This document shows positions 9,378 through 17,584 of a DNA stretch of 57,201 nt, in pieces. This DNA comes from FCB group bacterium (GTDB taxonomy: Bacteria; Fidelibacterota; Marinisomatia; SCGC-AAA003-L08; JACNLC01). Each line of letters starts with the position of its first letter. Position 1 is the stretch's first letter. The position numbers and the translations under genes are program-made. The notes beneath the pieces are model-generated. The model did no database searches. It was not told the DNA's origin and was given only the letters and a program-made list of their open reading frames with translations. The stretch lies in contig JAADGM010000110.1 of assembly GCA_013152375.1 (NCBI GenBank), forward strand, positions 1 through 57,201, written 5' to 3'.

Positions 9378-10087
9378 TTATCCAGATTATTTTTCCACCG
9401 GGCACGTTCTTCAGGTGTTTTCGGATACCAGGCACGCCAGACGATTTTTGAAGCATCCGGTGAATAAAAGGCTGCTCCGTCATAGCCGTACTCATCGGTT
9501 ATACGCTGGACATTGTTCCCGTTATAATCCATGGTATAGATGTCGATATCACCGTCACGCTGGGAGGTAAAAATGATTTTCTCTTCGAAGGGATGAACGG
9601 TTGCCTCGGCATCATACCCAGGATTCCGTGTCAGCCTGACAATGCCGGAGCCGTCCGGATTTGCCTTATAGATCTCAAATTTCCGTAAAGGCCAGACATA
9701 TTCATGGGGATTTTCCGGAACAAAAATATCCGGGCAATCTGTCCCCTCCTGACTGGTGGAGGCATAAAAAATAAAATCCATATCCCTGGACCAGTACGAA
9801 CAGGTATGCGCCCCCATGACAGTAGAAACCATTTTTATATCGGACCCGTCAACATTCATGGTGTAGATTTTGTCACATTCATTGCCATCTCGTTTAGACT
9901 GAAAGATCAGTTTTTTGCCGTCAGGGGAAAAATAGGCTTCGCCGTTGTCACCTTTAAAAGTGAGCTGTACGAGGTTTGCGATTTTGGGCTCACTGTTGCA
10001 AGCCGTATGTTTTTTACAGATTAAACTACAGGAACTGAAAATAAGTGTTAGACTAACCACACTCAGGGTCATCAGAGTTGAACGCAC
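9299..10087 (-). CDS. PD40/TolB-like beta-propeller lipoprotein, N-terminal fragment of a frameshifted gene
   Basis: Lipoprotein signal 'LTLIFSSC', then PD40 repeats 'FSPDGKKLIFQSKRDG' and 'YSPDASKIVW'. The last ~25 aa are out-of-frame read-through. Confidence 0.7.
   Translation of the reverse strand: MRSTLMTLSVVSLTLIFSSCSLICKKHTACNSEPKIANLVQLTFKGDNGEAYFSPDGKKLIFQSKRDGNECDKIYTMNVDGSDIKMVSTVMGAHTCSYWSRDMDFIFYASTSQEGTDCPDIFVPENPHEYVWPLRKFEIYKANPDGSGIVRLTRNPGYDAEATVHPFEEKIIFTSQRDGDIDIYTMDYNGNNVQRITDEYGYDGAAFYSPDASKIVWRAWYPKTPEERARWKNNLDKWIKVISMPFPSRYMLPMQTVPIRYR
9369..9384. repeat. Perfect 8-bp tandem duplication (TTTATCCA x2; TGGATAAA x2 on the coding strand) causing the frameshift
   Basis: Read directly: plus strand ...cttTTTATCCATTTATCCAgatt. 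Deleting one unit reads NNLDKSYINAVPLEIYVANADGSDK in a single frame. Confidence 0.9.
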
Positions 10088-10105
10088 AGGGATTACCTTT
10101 CTTTA

Positions 10106-10459
10106 TTAGGGGATGAGTTTATGGAATGAAATGCTTTTGGGATAACAACCCCATTTCGCTAAAATTCCTTCGATTTCATTTTTTGTAAGATTGCGGTCGT
10201 CGTAGAGGATCGTCATCGTATTCGTCATCAGGTTCGATTCACATAATGAAACGCTGTTAATTGAGCGAAACTCTTGCTCAAGTTTACTTTGCAGTTCGCA
10301 GGAATTTAAACTCGGAATGGAGATGACTGCCTGGGTTAAATTTTGAGTAGAAGTACTTCCGGATATTAAAAACAAAGCACTTAATACAATGATTGCCAGG
10401 CCAATCAGATGTCTCAAATTTATCTCCAGTGAAAATATGCAGGATAAAATAACCCACAA
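10106..10459 (-). CDS. Hypothetical small membrane-anchored protein
   Basis: One hydrophobic N-terminal helix (LIGLAIIVLSALFLI) followed by ~70 aa with a weak ferredoxin/HMA-like pattern and no CxxC. No recognisable catalytic motif. Confidence 0.4.
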   Translation of the reverse strand: MWVILSCIFSLEINLRHLIGLAIIVLSALFLISGSTSTQNLTQAVISIPSLNSCELQSKLEQEFRSINSVSLCESNLMTNTMTILYDDRNLTKNEIEGILAKWGCYPKSISFHKLIP

Positions 10460-10548
10460 TTTTACAAACGAATCTGCCCCCGGTCAAAATAGATTTTTAT
10501 TCTATGAAGTCTCGCTTCCATTCTCGGAAGCCGCTGGTTAACTGCCCC

Positions 10549-11820
10549 TTAGTCTTTTGGAGGGATGGTTTCCGGCTCTTTTACAAACAACAGGATCGTT
10601 CCTCCAATGATAAAGAAAACCAGCACTACGGCAATTCCCGCTCGCTGCGTATGAAAAATTGTCGTGAAGATCCCCAGTAACAGAGGGCCGATAAATGAAG
10701 TGGCTTTCCCTGAAAAAGCATAGAATCCGAAAAATTCGGTTTCTCTCGAAGGCGGCACCAGTCGGGCCAAAAGCGAACGGCTGGCAGCCTGATTTGGCCC
10801 CGAGAACAATCCGATGAACACACCGGCCACCCAGAACATTTCTCTGCTGTGGGTCAGGACAGCAATCAGCACACCGCAAAATAATCCGGCAATACTGATC
10901 AAAACGGTTTTTTTCCCGCCCAGTTTATCGTCAGCATAGCCCATCAGATAGGCACCGCTGCCGGCAGCCACATTGAGGACAATCCCGAAAATAAAGATCT
11001 CTTCAAATGAAAACCCGAAAGTGCCGGCGGCATAGATACCGCCGAAGGCAAATATTGTGGTAAGCCCATCGTTATAAAATAACCTTGCGATGAGGAGTTT
11101 GAGAATTTCACGGAATTTCTTTATCTCTTTCAGGGTAGGGATGATCTGTCCAAAAACAGAACGAATTGTCCCTACCTTGGCCATTTGACTGGATTTTTTA
11201 TCCTTGATGACGACAAAAAAGGGAATTGAAAACAGGGCAAACCAGCCTGCAATGAACAGATTTGTTGCCCTGATATTTCCAAATGAATCGGCGGAAATTC
11301 CAAACAGCGGAGGATCGGGTTTTACCAGAACCAGCCAGCAGAACAGCAGGGCCAGCAATCCTCCAAGATAGCCAACCGCCCAGCCAAAGCCGGATAGACG
11401 CCCCAGTTTTCCATCAGGAGCAATACCCGGAAGATAGGCATTGTACAATACGAGTCCTAATTCAAATCCGAGATCCGCTATGACAAATAAGATCAATGCC
11501 GGTAACACGTCCCCTGCTGCCGGAAAAAACAGGAGGGCCGTCATCAAAATTGAAGTAATTGTCCAAAAAAGCAAATATTGTTTTCGGTGCCCGTAGCGGT
11601 CTATGAAAGCTCCCATCACAGGAGAGATGATCGCCGTTAACAACCCTGTCAATGTGATAGCCCGGGACCAGAGCGTAGTACCCAATACCGCGTCTCCTAC
11701 GATCACCTTGGTAAAGAAGGTGCCATAGATAAAAGTGACCACCACCGTTATGAAGGCCGAATTGGCAAAATCGTACAGCGACCAGGCAATTATCCGTGAA
11801 TTCAACATGTCAGAACGCAT
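10549..11820 (-). CDS. MFS transporter, UMF1 / Atg22-like family
   Basis: N-terminal 'AWSLYDFANSAF' signature and about 12 hydrophobic segments. Confidence 0.75.
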   Translation of the reverse strand: MRSDMLNSRIIAWSLYDFANSAFITVVVTFIYGTFFTKVIVGDAVLGTTLWSRAITLTGLLTAIISPVMGAFIDRYGHRKQYLLFWTITSILMTALLFFPAAGDVLPALILFVIADLGFELGLVLYNAYLPGIAPDGKLGRLSGFGWAVGYLGGLLALLFCWLVLVKPDPPLFGISADSFGNIRATNLFIAGWFALFSIPFFVVIKDKKSSQMAKVGTIRSVFGQIIPTLKEIKKFREILKLLIARLFYNDGLTTIFAFGGIYAAGTFGFSFEEIFIFGIVLNVAAGSGAYLMGYADDKLGGKKTVLISIAGLFCGVLIAVLTHSREMFWVAGVFIGLFSGPNQAASRSLLARLVPPSRETEFFGFYAFSGKATSFIGPLLLGIFTTIFHTQRAGIAVVLVFFIIGGTILLFVKEPETIPPKD

Positions 11821-11856
11821 TCGGCAACCCGCATCTTCCCTGAAAAATGACCTGAC

Positions 11857-13173
11857 TCATTGAGAGTCTCCATACAGCAGGTATTTTTCACGTAACTGTT
11901 TAAATGATGATTCGTCTGTTTCCCAGCCGGATACAATGGAGCGGGCGGACTTTCCCTGCAGTATCATTTTACGCAAACTGTCTGACCCATACAATTTATC
12001 AATGTAATTTGTATCGATAAACTCAAATTTGTCCGGATAATTTTTCCGTACAACCTGCAGGATACTGATGGCCGTCAAAAGAGGATCACAACTTGCAAAA
12101 TCCTTTATACGGATCCTGAAGCCGGAGCAGGCCACATCCTGATATTTCGGCCAACGGGCTTTTTCCGGAATCGATTCGGGCACGAATTCTACAGCTGTGA
12201 AATCGACCCCCGGCAATTGCAGAGCAGCCAGATCATCGGCCAGTTCTTCACTATCAATCCAGGGAGCTCCGAAGGTGAGGAAGGGCTTTGCTGTTCCCCG
12301 TCCTTCGGAAATATTCGTTCCTTCAAGCAGACACATACCGTTGTAGATCAGGGCGGTTTCAAAGTCCGGGATATTGGGGGACGTCGCCACCCATCGCAGA
12401 CCCGTTTGTGGCCAAAGCATTTCCCGCTGCCAGTTTGAGAGCGGGATGAGTTTAAGATCGGCCGTCATGCCGGGTCCCAGCCAACCCTGATCATTGATCA
12501 TTACGGCCAGTTCTGCTGATGTCAACCCGTAACGTATGGGGACCGGATGCATCCCTACAAATGATTCAAACCCCGGGACTACTTTTGGTCCCCGGACAAT
12601 CTCACCCCCCAGAGGATTTGGCCGATCCAGCACCATTACAGGTATTTGGTGAACCGCTGCGGCTTTAAGAATATTGGTCAGAGTACTGATGTAAGTATAA
12701 TACCTGGATCCCACATCCTGAAGATCATAGACTATAAGGTCCAGTCCGGAAAGGTCTTCGGCTGACGGTGTCCGCTTGCTTCCGTACAGGCTCACAATTT
12801 TCACTGGCGAGCCGTCCAGCATATCGTCATCGATCTGCACACCTGCACCGACAGTTCCCCTGAGACCATGTTCCGGCGTAAAGATAACTTTAAGGTGAAG
12901 CTCATCTTTTCTTTCGAGCAGCAGATCCACCAGGTGTCGTCCCTGTCGGTCAACGCTCGTCTGATTAACCACAACCGCGACGTTTTTATTCGCAAGCTCC
13001 GCAAATCCGCTGCTTTCCAGGTTATCGATCCCCAGCCGTAGCTGACCGCTGCCTGTTGCCGCAACCACGGTTTGGGGTTTCTCCGCAATTTGAACACATG
13101 CGAAAAATAAAAGTATAGTACCTGTCAGGATTACTTTTGGGAAAACGGCGAGGCTGGAACAGTGTGTGCGCAT
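11857..13173 (-). CDS. namZ: DUF1343 / exo-beta-N-acetylmuramidase NamZ family, secreted
   Basis: Signal peptide, then 'VNQTSV', 'IFTPEHG', 'YDLQDVGSRYYTYISTL' and 'LDRPNPLGG', as I recall for YbbC/NamZ proteins. Confidence 0.75.
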   Translation of the reverse strand: MRTHCSSLAVFPKVILTGTILLFFACVQIAEKPQTVVAATGSGQLRLGIDNLESSGFAELANKNVAVVVNQTSVDRQGRHLVDLLLERKDELHLKVIFTPEHGLRGTVGAGVQIDDDMLDGSPVKIVSLYGSKRTPSAEDLSGLDLIVYDLQDVGSRYYTYISTLTNILKAAAVHQIPVMVLDRPNPLGGEIVRGPKVVPGFESFVGMHPVPIRYGLTSAELAVMINDQGWLGPGMTADLKLIPLSNWQREMLWPQTGLRWVATSPNIPDFETALIYNGMCLLEGTNISEGRGTAKPFLTFGAPWIDSEELADDLAALQLPGVDFTAVEFVPESIPEKARWPKYQDVACSGFRIRIKDFASCDPLLTAISILQVVRKNYPDKFEFIDTNYIDKLYGSDSLRKMILQGKSARSIVSGWETDESSFKQLREKYLLYGDSQ

Positions 13174-14537
13174 TATCGTGCGCTTTTTCCCGAAAGCCAG
13201 GAAAGAACATAATCCGTCAGATAGGTCACGCCAAGATTTATCAGAATCGCCACGCCGATGTAGAGTGTCCAGGCAATGCCGGCAGCCTGCAGGATGAAGA
13301 CGGAAGCCAGACTGCTGACCAATCCCAGATTAAGACTTAAGGGCTTAAACTTTCGACGGGTTTTGGACAGGATGAACAGACCGATTAATCCGCCATAGGT
13401 GAATGAGGCGATCTTCAATCCTACGACAATTATGGCGCTGTCGCCCTCATTGAAGAAAAGGGCAATTCCAATGAGAATACCGGCCCACATCAGGCTGAAA
13501 AGGCGTGCTGTTTTAACGGAAACTTTTTGCGAAAACCAGTCCGTGACTGTAGATGAGGCCAGTGAGTTGATTGAGGAACTTAAAGTGGACATGGCAGCAG
13601 AGAGGACTCCCGCCAGTAGTATGCCCTTCAGACCAACCGGCAGACTCTGAACAATGAAAGTCGAAAACTCTCTGTCTTTTGTAAGTTCCGCACCCTGAAA
13701 AAAAAGATATATCAGGGAGCCCACTGCAAGAAATAAAGCAAATTGCAGAAAGACGAAGAAACCGCTGCCGATCATGGCTTTTTGGGCAGATCTCAAATCC
13801 CGACACCCCAAGGCCCTCTGAACCATCATATAATCAACACCGTGAGATCCCAGAGATAACAATATCCCCCCGGTAAGCGCCGAGAAGAAGGACCATGGGT
13901 CTGTGAAGAAATGCCTGTTGAAGATGAATACTGTGGTCTTCCCCGCATCAGCCAATTCACTAAACATCATCGTGAGTGTAGATTGGGAATGGCTTAGGAT
14001 AAACAGAATTGAGATCACCGCACCGCTAAGGTACAGTATGAATTGAAAACTATCCAGCCACACCACCGTTTTAATTCCACCCGTGAGGGTATAGATAAGC
14101 GTCACCAGGCCGATAATGAGAACTGAAGCTGAAAGCGACCAGCCGGTGATGACCTGAATGATAACTGCCGTCGCTAAAAATCTGACTCCATCAGCCAGCA
14201 CACGGGTCACCAGAAATACTAAAGAGGCCGTTTTCTGAACTCCCTTTCCGAAGCGGGCTCCCAACACTTCGTAGATGGAAGTAACTCCCTGACGATAGTA
14301 CTGAGGCAGCAGATAGAGACTCACGATAACCCGACCAATAATGTACCCCAGCGCCAGCTGCAGAAAGAACCAGCTGCCCCGGTAGGCAAGGCCCGGAACG
14401 CTGATAAAGGTCAATACAGAGGTCTCCGTGGCTACAATGGAGAACATGACAACGACCCAGGGCAAACTGCGGTGTGCCAGGAAATAGTCTGCAGTCGTTC
14501 GATTAAAGCGACTTTGCAGAACACCGAATCCCGCCAT
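13173..14537 (-). CDS. Sodium:solute symporter (SSS) family transporter; true start probably upstream of the first ATG
   Basis: 'DYFLAHRSLPW' motif and 12-13 TM helices. The frame stays open upstream to 14657 and encodes a TM1-like 'PIDLTIILVFLGA' segment (see finding). Confidence 0.8.
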   Translation of the reverse strand: MAGFGVLQSRFNRTTADYFLAHRSLPWVVVMFSIVATETSVLTFISVPGLAYRGSWFFLQLALGYIIGRVIVSLYLLPQYYRQGVTSIYEVLGARFGKGVQKTASLVFLVTRVLADGVRFLATAVIIQVITGWSLSASVLIIGLVTLIYTLTGGIKTVVWLDSFQFILYLSGAVISILFILSHSQSTLTMMFSELADAGKTTVFIFNRHFFTDPWSFFSALTGGILLSLGSHGVDYMMVQRALGCRDLRSAQKAMIGSGFFVFLQFALFLAVGSLIYLFFQGAELTKDREFSTFIVQSLPVGLKGILLAGVLSAAMSTLSSSINSLASSTVTDWFSQKVSVKTARLFSLMWAGILIGIALFFNEGDSAIIVVGLKIASFTYGGLIGLFILSKTRRKFKPLSLNLGLVSSLASVFILQAAGIAWTLYIGVAILINLGVTYLTDYVLSWLSGKSAR

Positions 14538-14689
14538 GGCGCCAAGAAAAACAAGGATGATCGTCAGATCAATGGGGCTAATAAAAATTCCTCTTTTTAA
14601 ATCAGATTGAAGGAAAAGACAACAAAGTAATGAGAACAGTCCACAGATAATGCTCTTTCAATTCGTAATGCTGAATAACAGTCATGAGT

Positions 14690-17536
14690 TTATTCATTCA
14701 GAAGAGTTTGCATAACTTCCGTATAAAAGGCTCTGCGAACTGACCAAATTCCACCTCGCTCCCGGGTAGGATATACCCGGTTGGTGAGTAAAACTACGAT
14801 GATCTTTCGTTCAGGATCAACCCAGAGCGAAGTTCCTGTAAATCCCAGATGGCCGAAAGATGATTTCGAGAATAGGTCCCCTGCCGAACTTTTACCGTTC
14901 AGGGAAGGTGTATCCCAGCCGATGGCCCGGTCTGAACCGGGAGGTAATTCCTGCCGCCTTGTGTATTGCCGTATCTGTCGGCTGCTGAAATAGCGGGTGC
15001 CTAGAAAAGTACCACCGTTAACAAGCATTTGCGCATATTTACCGATATCTTCCGCGGTTGAAAAAACACCCGCATGGGGAGCCACTCCCCCCATCAACCA
15101 GGCATTCTCGTCGTGGACTTCCCCCCGGATCAGTCTGTGGCGAAAAATTGTATCATTTTCCGTAGGAGCGATTGAAGGAAACCATTTTTTTGGCGGAGCA
15201 TACATCGTGCGGTTCATTCCCAGAGGATTAAAAACCCACTTGGCGGCGAGTTCGTCGAGTCCCCGCCGGCTGACTTTTTCAATTACGGCACCCAGCAAAA
15301 TGATACCCAAATCGCTGTAGGAAAAGTCCGTCCCGGGGGTGAATTCGAGATCCCGGGCAAGAATATCCGTGAGAATATCTGTTTTTGAGTGAAATCTGTC
15401 ATCGAGGAAATATTGATAATAAGCCGGCAGGCCGGAAGAATGTGTGAGGAGATGCCGAAGGGTCACAACCTCCCGCCCACCTCCTGTAAATTCCGGAAAA
15501 AACTGCCGAACCTCCTGGTCCAGCGCCAGCTGACGTTTAGCGGCCATTTTCATGAAAACCGGGGTGGTTGCCAGAACTTTCGTCAGTGAGGCTACATCGT
15601 AAATCGTTGTTTTATCCACATGCGGAGAGTCAGGCTCATAGGTTAGATTCCCGATACCCTCATCTGCAATGATATTACCATTTTGGGCGATAAAAATCTG
15701 AGCCCCCGGGAAAATGTGATCTTCTATTGCTTTATTGAGAACCTGCCTGGCCTGATCCAGATCGTATTTCCGGTCGGCCTGACCGAATCCCCAGGTTCGT
15801 TTTTTGATGTCCACTCCATCTCCTCGTCTGTATTTTTCATTGAGATTCACCGGTAATTTTCCCGAAACGGCAATCCTGCCCCAGAGGGCATCGGCGGCAG
15901 CTCGTTGAGAAACAGCGCCGTACCCGTAGGCGCAGAGATAAGTGTCGAGGATATCATAATCGGGTAAATAGGGACTCCCAAAGCCAACCGTTACGAAAGA
16001 GATGTTTTTCTCATGGAGACGCGTCAGCAGTTTATTGTGGCTGGGATCAATCGTGGATAACCCTTTATTCATTCTGATCCGGACCAGCAGTGTGACCAGG
16101 ACTTTATCTGCTTTGGAGACCCGCCGCAAAATATCATCCGTAACCGCATCGTCGAGTTTATCACTGATAAATATTTCTTCCACATTCCCGTGGGTTCTTG
16201 CTACATCCGAAACAAATGGGCTCAGTTGATCTCTGCCGTTGGCATCCATGGTGAGGATCAGATGAGCCAGTTTCTTGATTTTTTCAGGTTTCAGCGGAAG
16301 GTTGCCTGAATCTTTGATGACCGTGATAGACTTTCTGGCGATATCCTTTGCAAGGTCCCGATGCTCAGTCGTACCCACATCTCTTTCAACTTCAGCCCAG
16401 GTTTCGTTGACCTTCGTGCTGAGGAGCCCCAGACTGGTTTTCAACTGGAGAATCCGGTTTACGGATTCATCAATACGTTGTTCTGAAAGGCGGCCCGTTT
16501 GCACGGCTTCTTCAACGGCATTAATAGTATGCAGAACATCCATGGGCAGGAGCAGGATGTCGGCACCGGCCTCAATAGCCCGTATGGCCGATTCACCCGC
16601 CCAGGCGCTGTTCGTCAGTCCACCCATTTCCATGCCGTCAGTTACAATCACACCATCAAATCCCCATGTGTCTCTCAACAGCCCCCTGGTAATGATTTCG
16701 GATTGAGATGCCGCCCGCCCCGACGGGTCCAGGCCCGGGACCGCGATGTGGCCCACCATGATCATTCCTACTCCGGCCTCTACAGCTTTTTTGAAGGGCC
16801 TCAGTTCAACAGCGTCCAGTTGTTCCCGATCACCCGGGATGGTAGGCAGACTCGAGTGACTGTCGGTCGCCGTATTGCCATGTCCCGGGAAATGCTTCGC
16901 ACAGGCGATAAGGCCTTCACTTTGCAGGCCTTTAATGAATTCGGTCCCGTATCGGGCAACTGTTTCAGGGTCATCACTGTATGACCTGAAATTTATAATA
17001 GGATTTTCAGGATTGTTGTTCACATCCATCACCGGTGCAAAGGCAATCTGAACACCCAGGCTTTTGGCTTCAATGGCAGTAATGCGTCCCTGTTGATAGG
17101 CGAGTTCCGGATCACCCGCGGCTGCCACGGCCATGTTCGTGGGAAAAAGAGTACCGCCGCTAAGCCATTGTCCCGTGCCGCGTTCATAATCGGCTGCTAC
17201 CAGTAAAGGGACATCAGCCCACCGTTGGAACTCTTCAATGTTGTAAAATGAACCATGCACACTCCCGCCGAAAGTGATCAGACCACCGATTTTGTTCTCC
17301 GATATCCAGCCTCGCAATTGCTGACGATACCAGTTTTTATCCGTATAGAAATCACCCCGTATCCGTACCATGATCATCTGGGCAATTTTCTCCCTAAGAG
17401 AGAGGGTTTCGAGGGAGATCTGTTGCTGCAGTGATTTTGGGGCAGCCTGTGGAATGGTCGTATCTGATACCGGTGGTCTGTTTGAGCAGTAAAGGCTGAA
17501 GAAACAGATCAGGAGGAAGAAACGAAGTCTGGTCAT
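14690..17536 (-). CDS. nagZ: Fusion protein: GH3 beta-N-acetylglucosaminidase (NagZ-type) + beta-lactamase-fold serine hydrolase (AmiE/AmpH-like), lipoprotein
   Basis: Lipobox 'FSLYC'. GH3 motifs 'KHFPGHGNTATDSHSSLP' and 'VTDGMEMGG'. C-terminal SxxK 'ASLTKVLA', 'YSDLG', and 'HLGFTGTSLWVDP'. Confidence 0.8.
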   Translation of the reverse strand: MTRLRFFLLICFFSLYCSNRPPVSDTTIPQAAPKSLQQQISLETLSLREKIAQMIMVRIRGDFYTDKNWYRQQLRGWISENKIGGLITFGGSVHGSFYNIEEFQRWADVPLLVAADYERGTGQWLSGGTLFPTNMAVAAAGDPELAYQQGRITAIEAKSLGVQIAFAPVMDVNNNPENPIINFRSYSDDPETVARYGTEFIKGLQSEGLIACAKHFPGHGNTATDSHSSLPTIPGDREQLDAVELRPFKKAVEAGVGMIMVGHIAVPGLDPSGRAASQSEIITRGLLRDTWGFDGVIVTDGMEMGGLTNSAWAGESAIRAIEAGADILLLPMDVLHTINAVEEAVQTGRLSEQRIDESVNRILQLKTSLGLLSTKVNETWAEVERDVGTTEHRDLAKDIARKSITVIKDSGNLPLKPEKIKKLAHLILTMDANGRDQLSPFVSDVARTHGNVEEIFISDKLDDAVTDDILRRVSKADKVLVTLLVRIRMNKGLSTIDPSHNKLLTRLHEKNISFVTVGFGSPYLPDYDILDTYLCAYGYGAVSQRAAADALWGRIAVSGKLPVNLNEKYRRGDGVDIKKRTWGFGQADRKYDLDQARQVLNKAIEDHIFPGAQIFIAQNGNIIADEGIGNLTYEPDSPHVDKTTIYDVASLTKVLATTPVFMKMAAKRQLALDQEVRQFFPEFTGGGREVVTLRHLLTHSSGLPAYYQYFLDDRFHSKTDILTDILARDLEFTPGTDFSYSDLGIILLGAVIEKVSRRGLDELAAKWVFNPLGMNRTMYAPPKKWFPSIAPTENDTIFRHRLIRGEVHDENAWLMGGVAPHAGVFSTAEDIGKYAQMLVNGGTFLGTRYFSSRQIRQYTRRQELPPGSDRAIGWDTPSLNGKSSAGDLFSKSSFGHLGFTGTSLWVDPERKIIVVLLTNRVYPTRERGGIWSVRRAFYTEVMQTLLNE

Positions 17537-17584
17537 TAAAAATTACTCAATGTGAGGATATTATTGGATTGATGCGGGACGGAT

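Noticed and set aside
15612-15620. Perfect DnaA-box-like TTATCCACA
   Set aside because: It is a single copy inside the NagZ-fusion coding sequence, with no cluster and no AT-rich unwinding element nearby.
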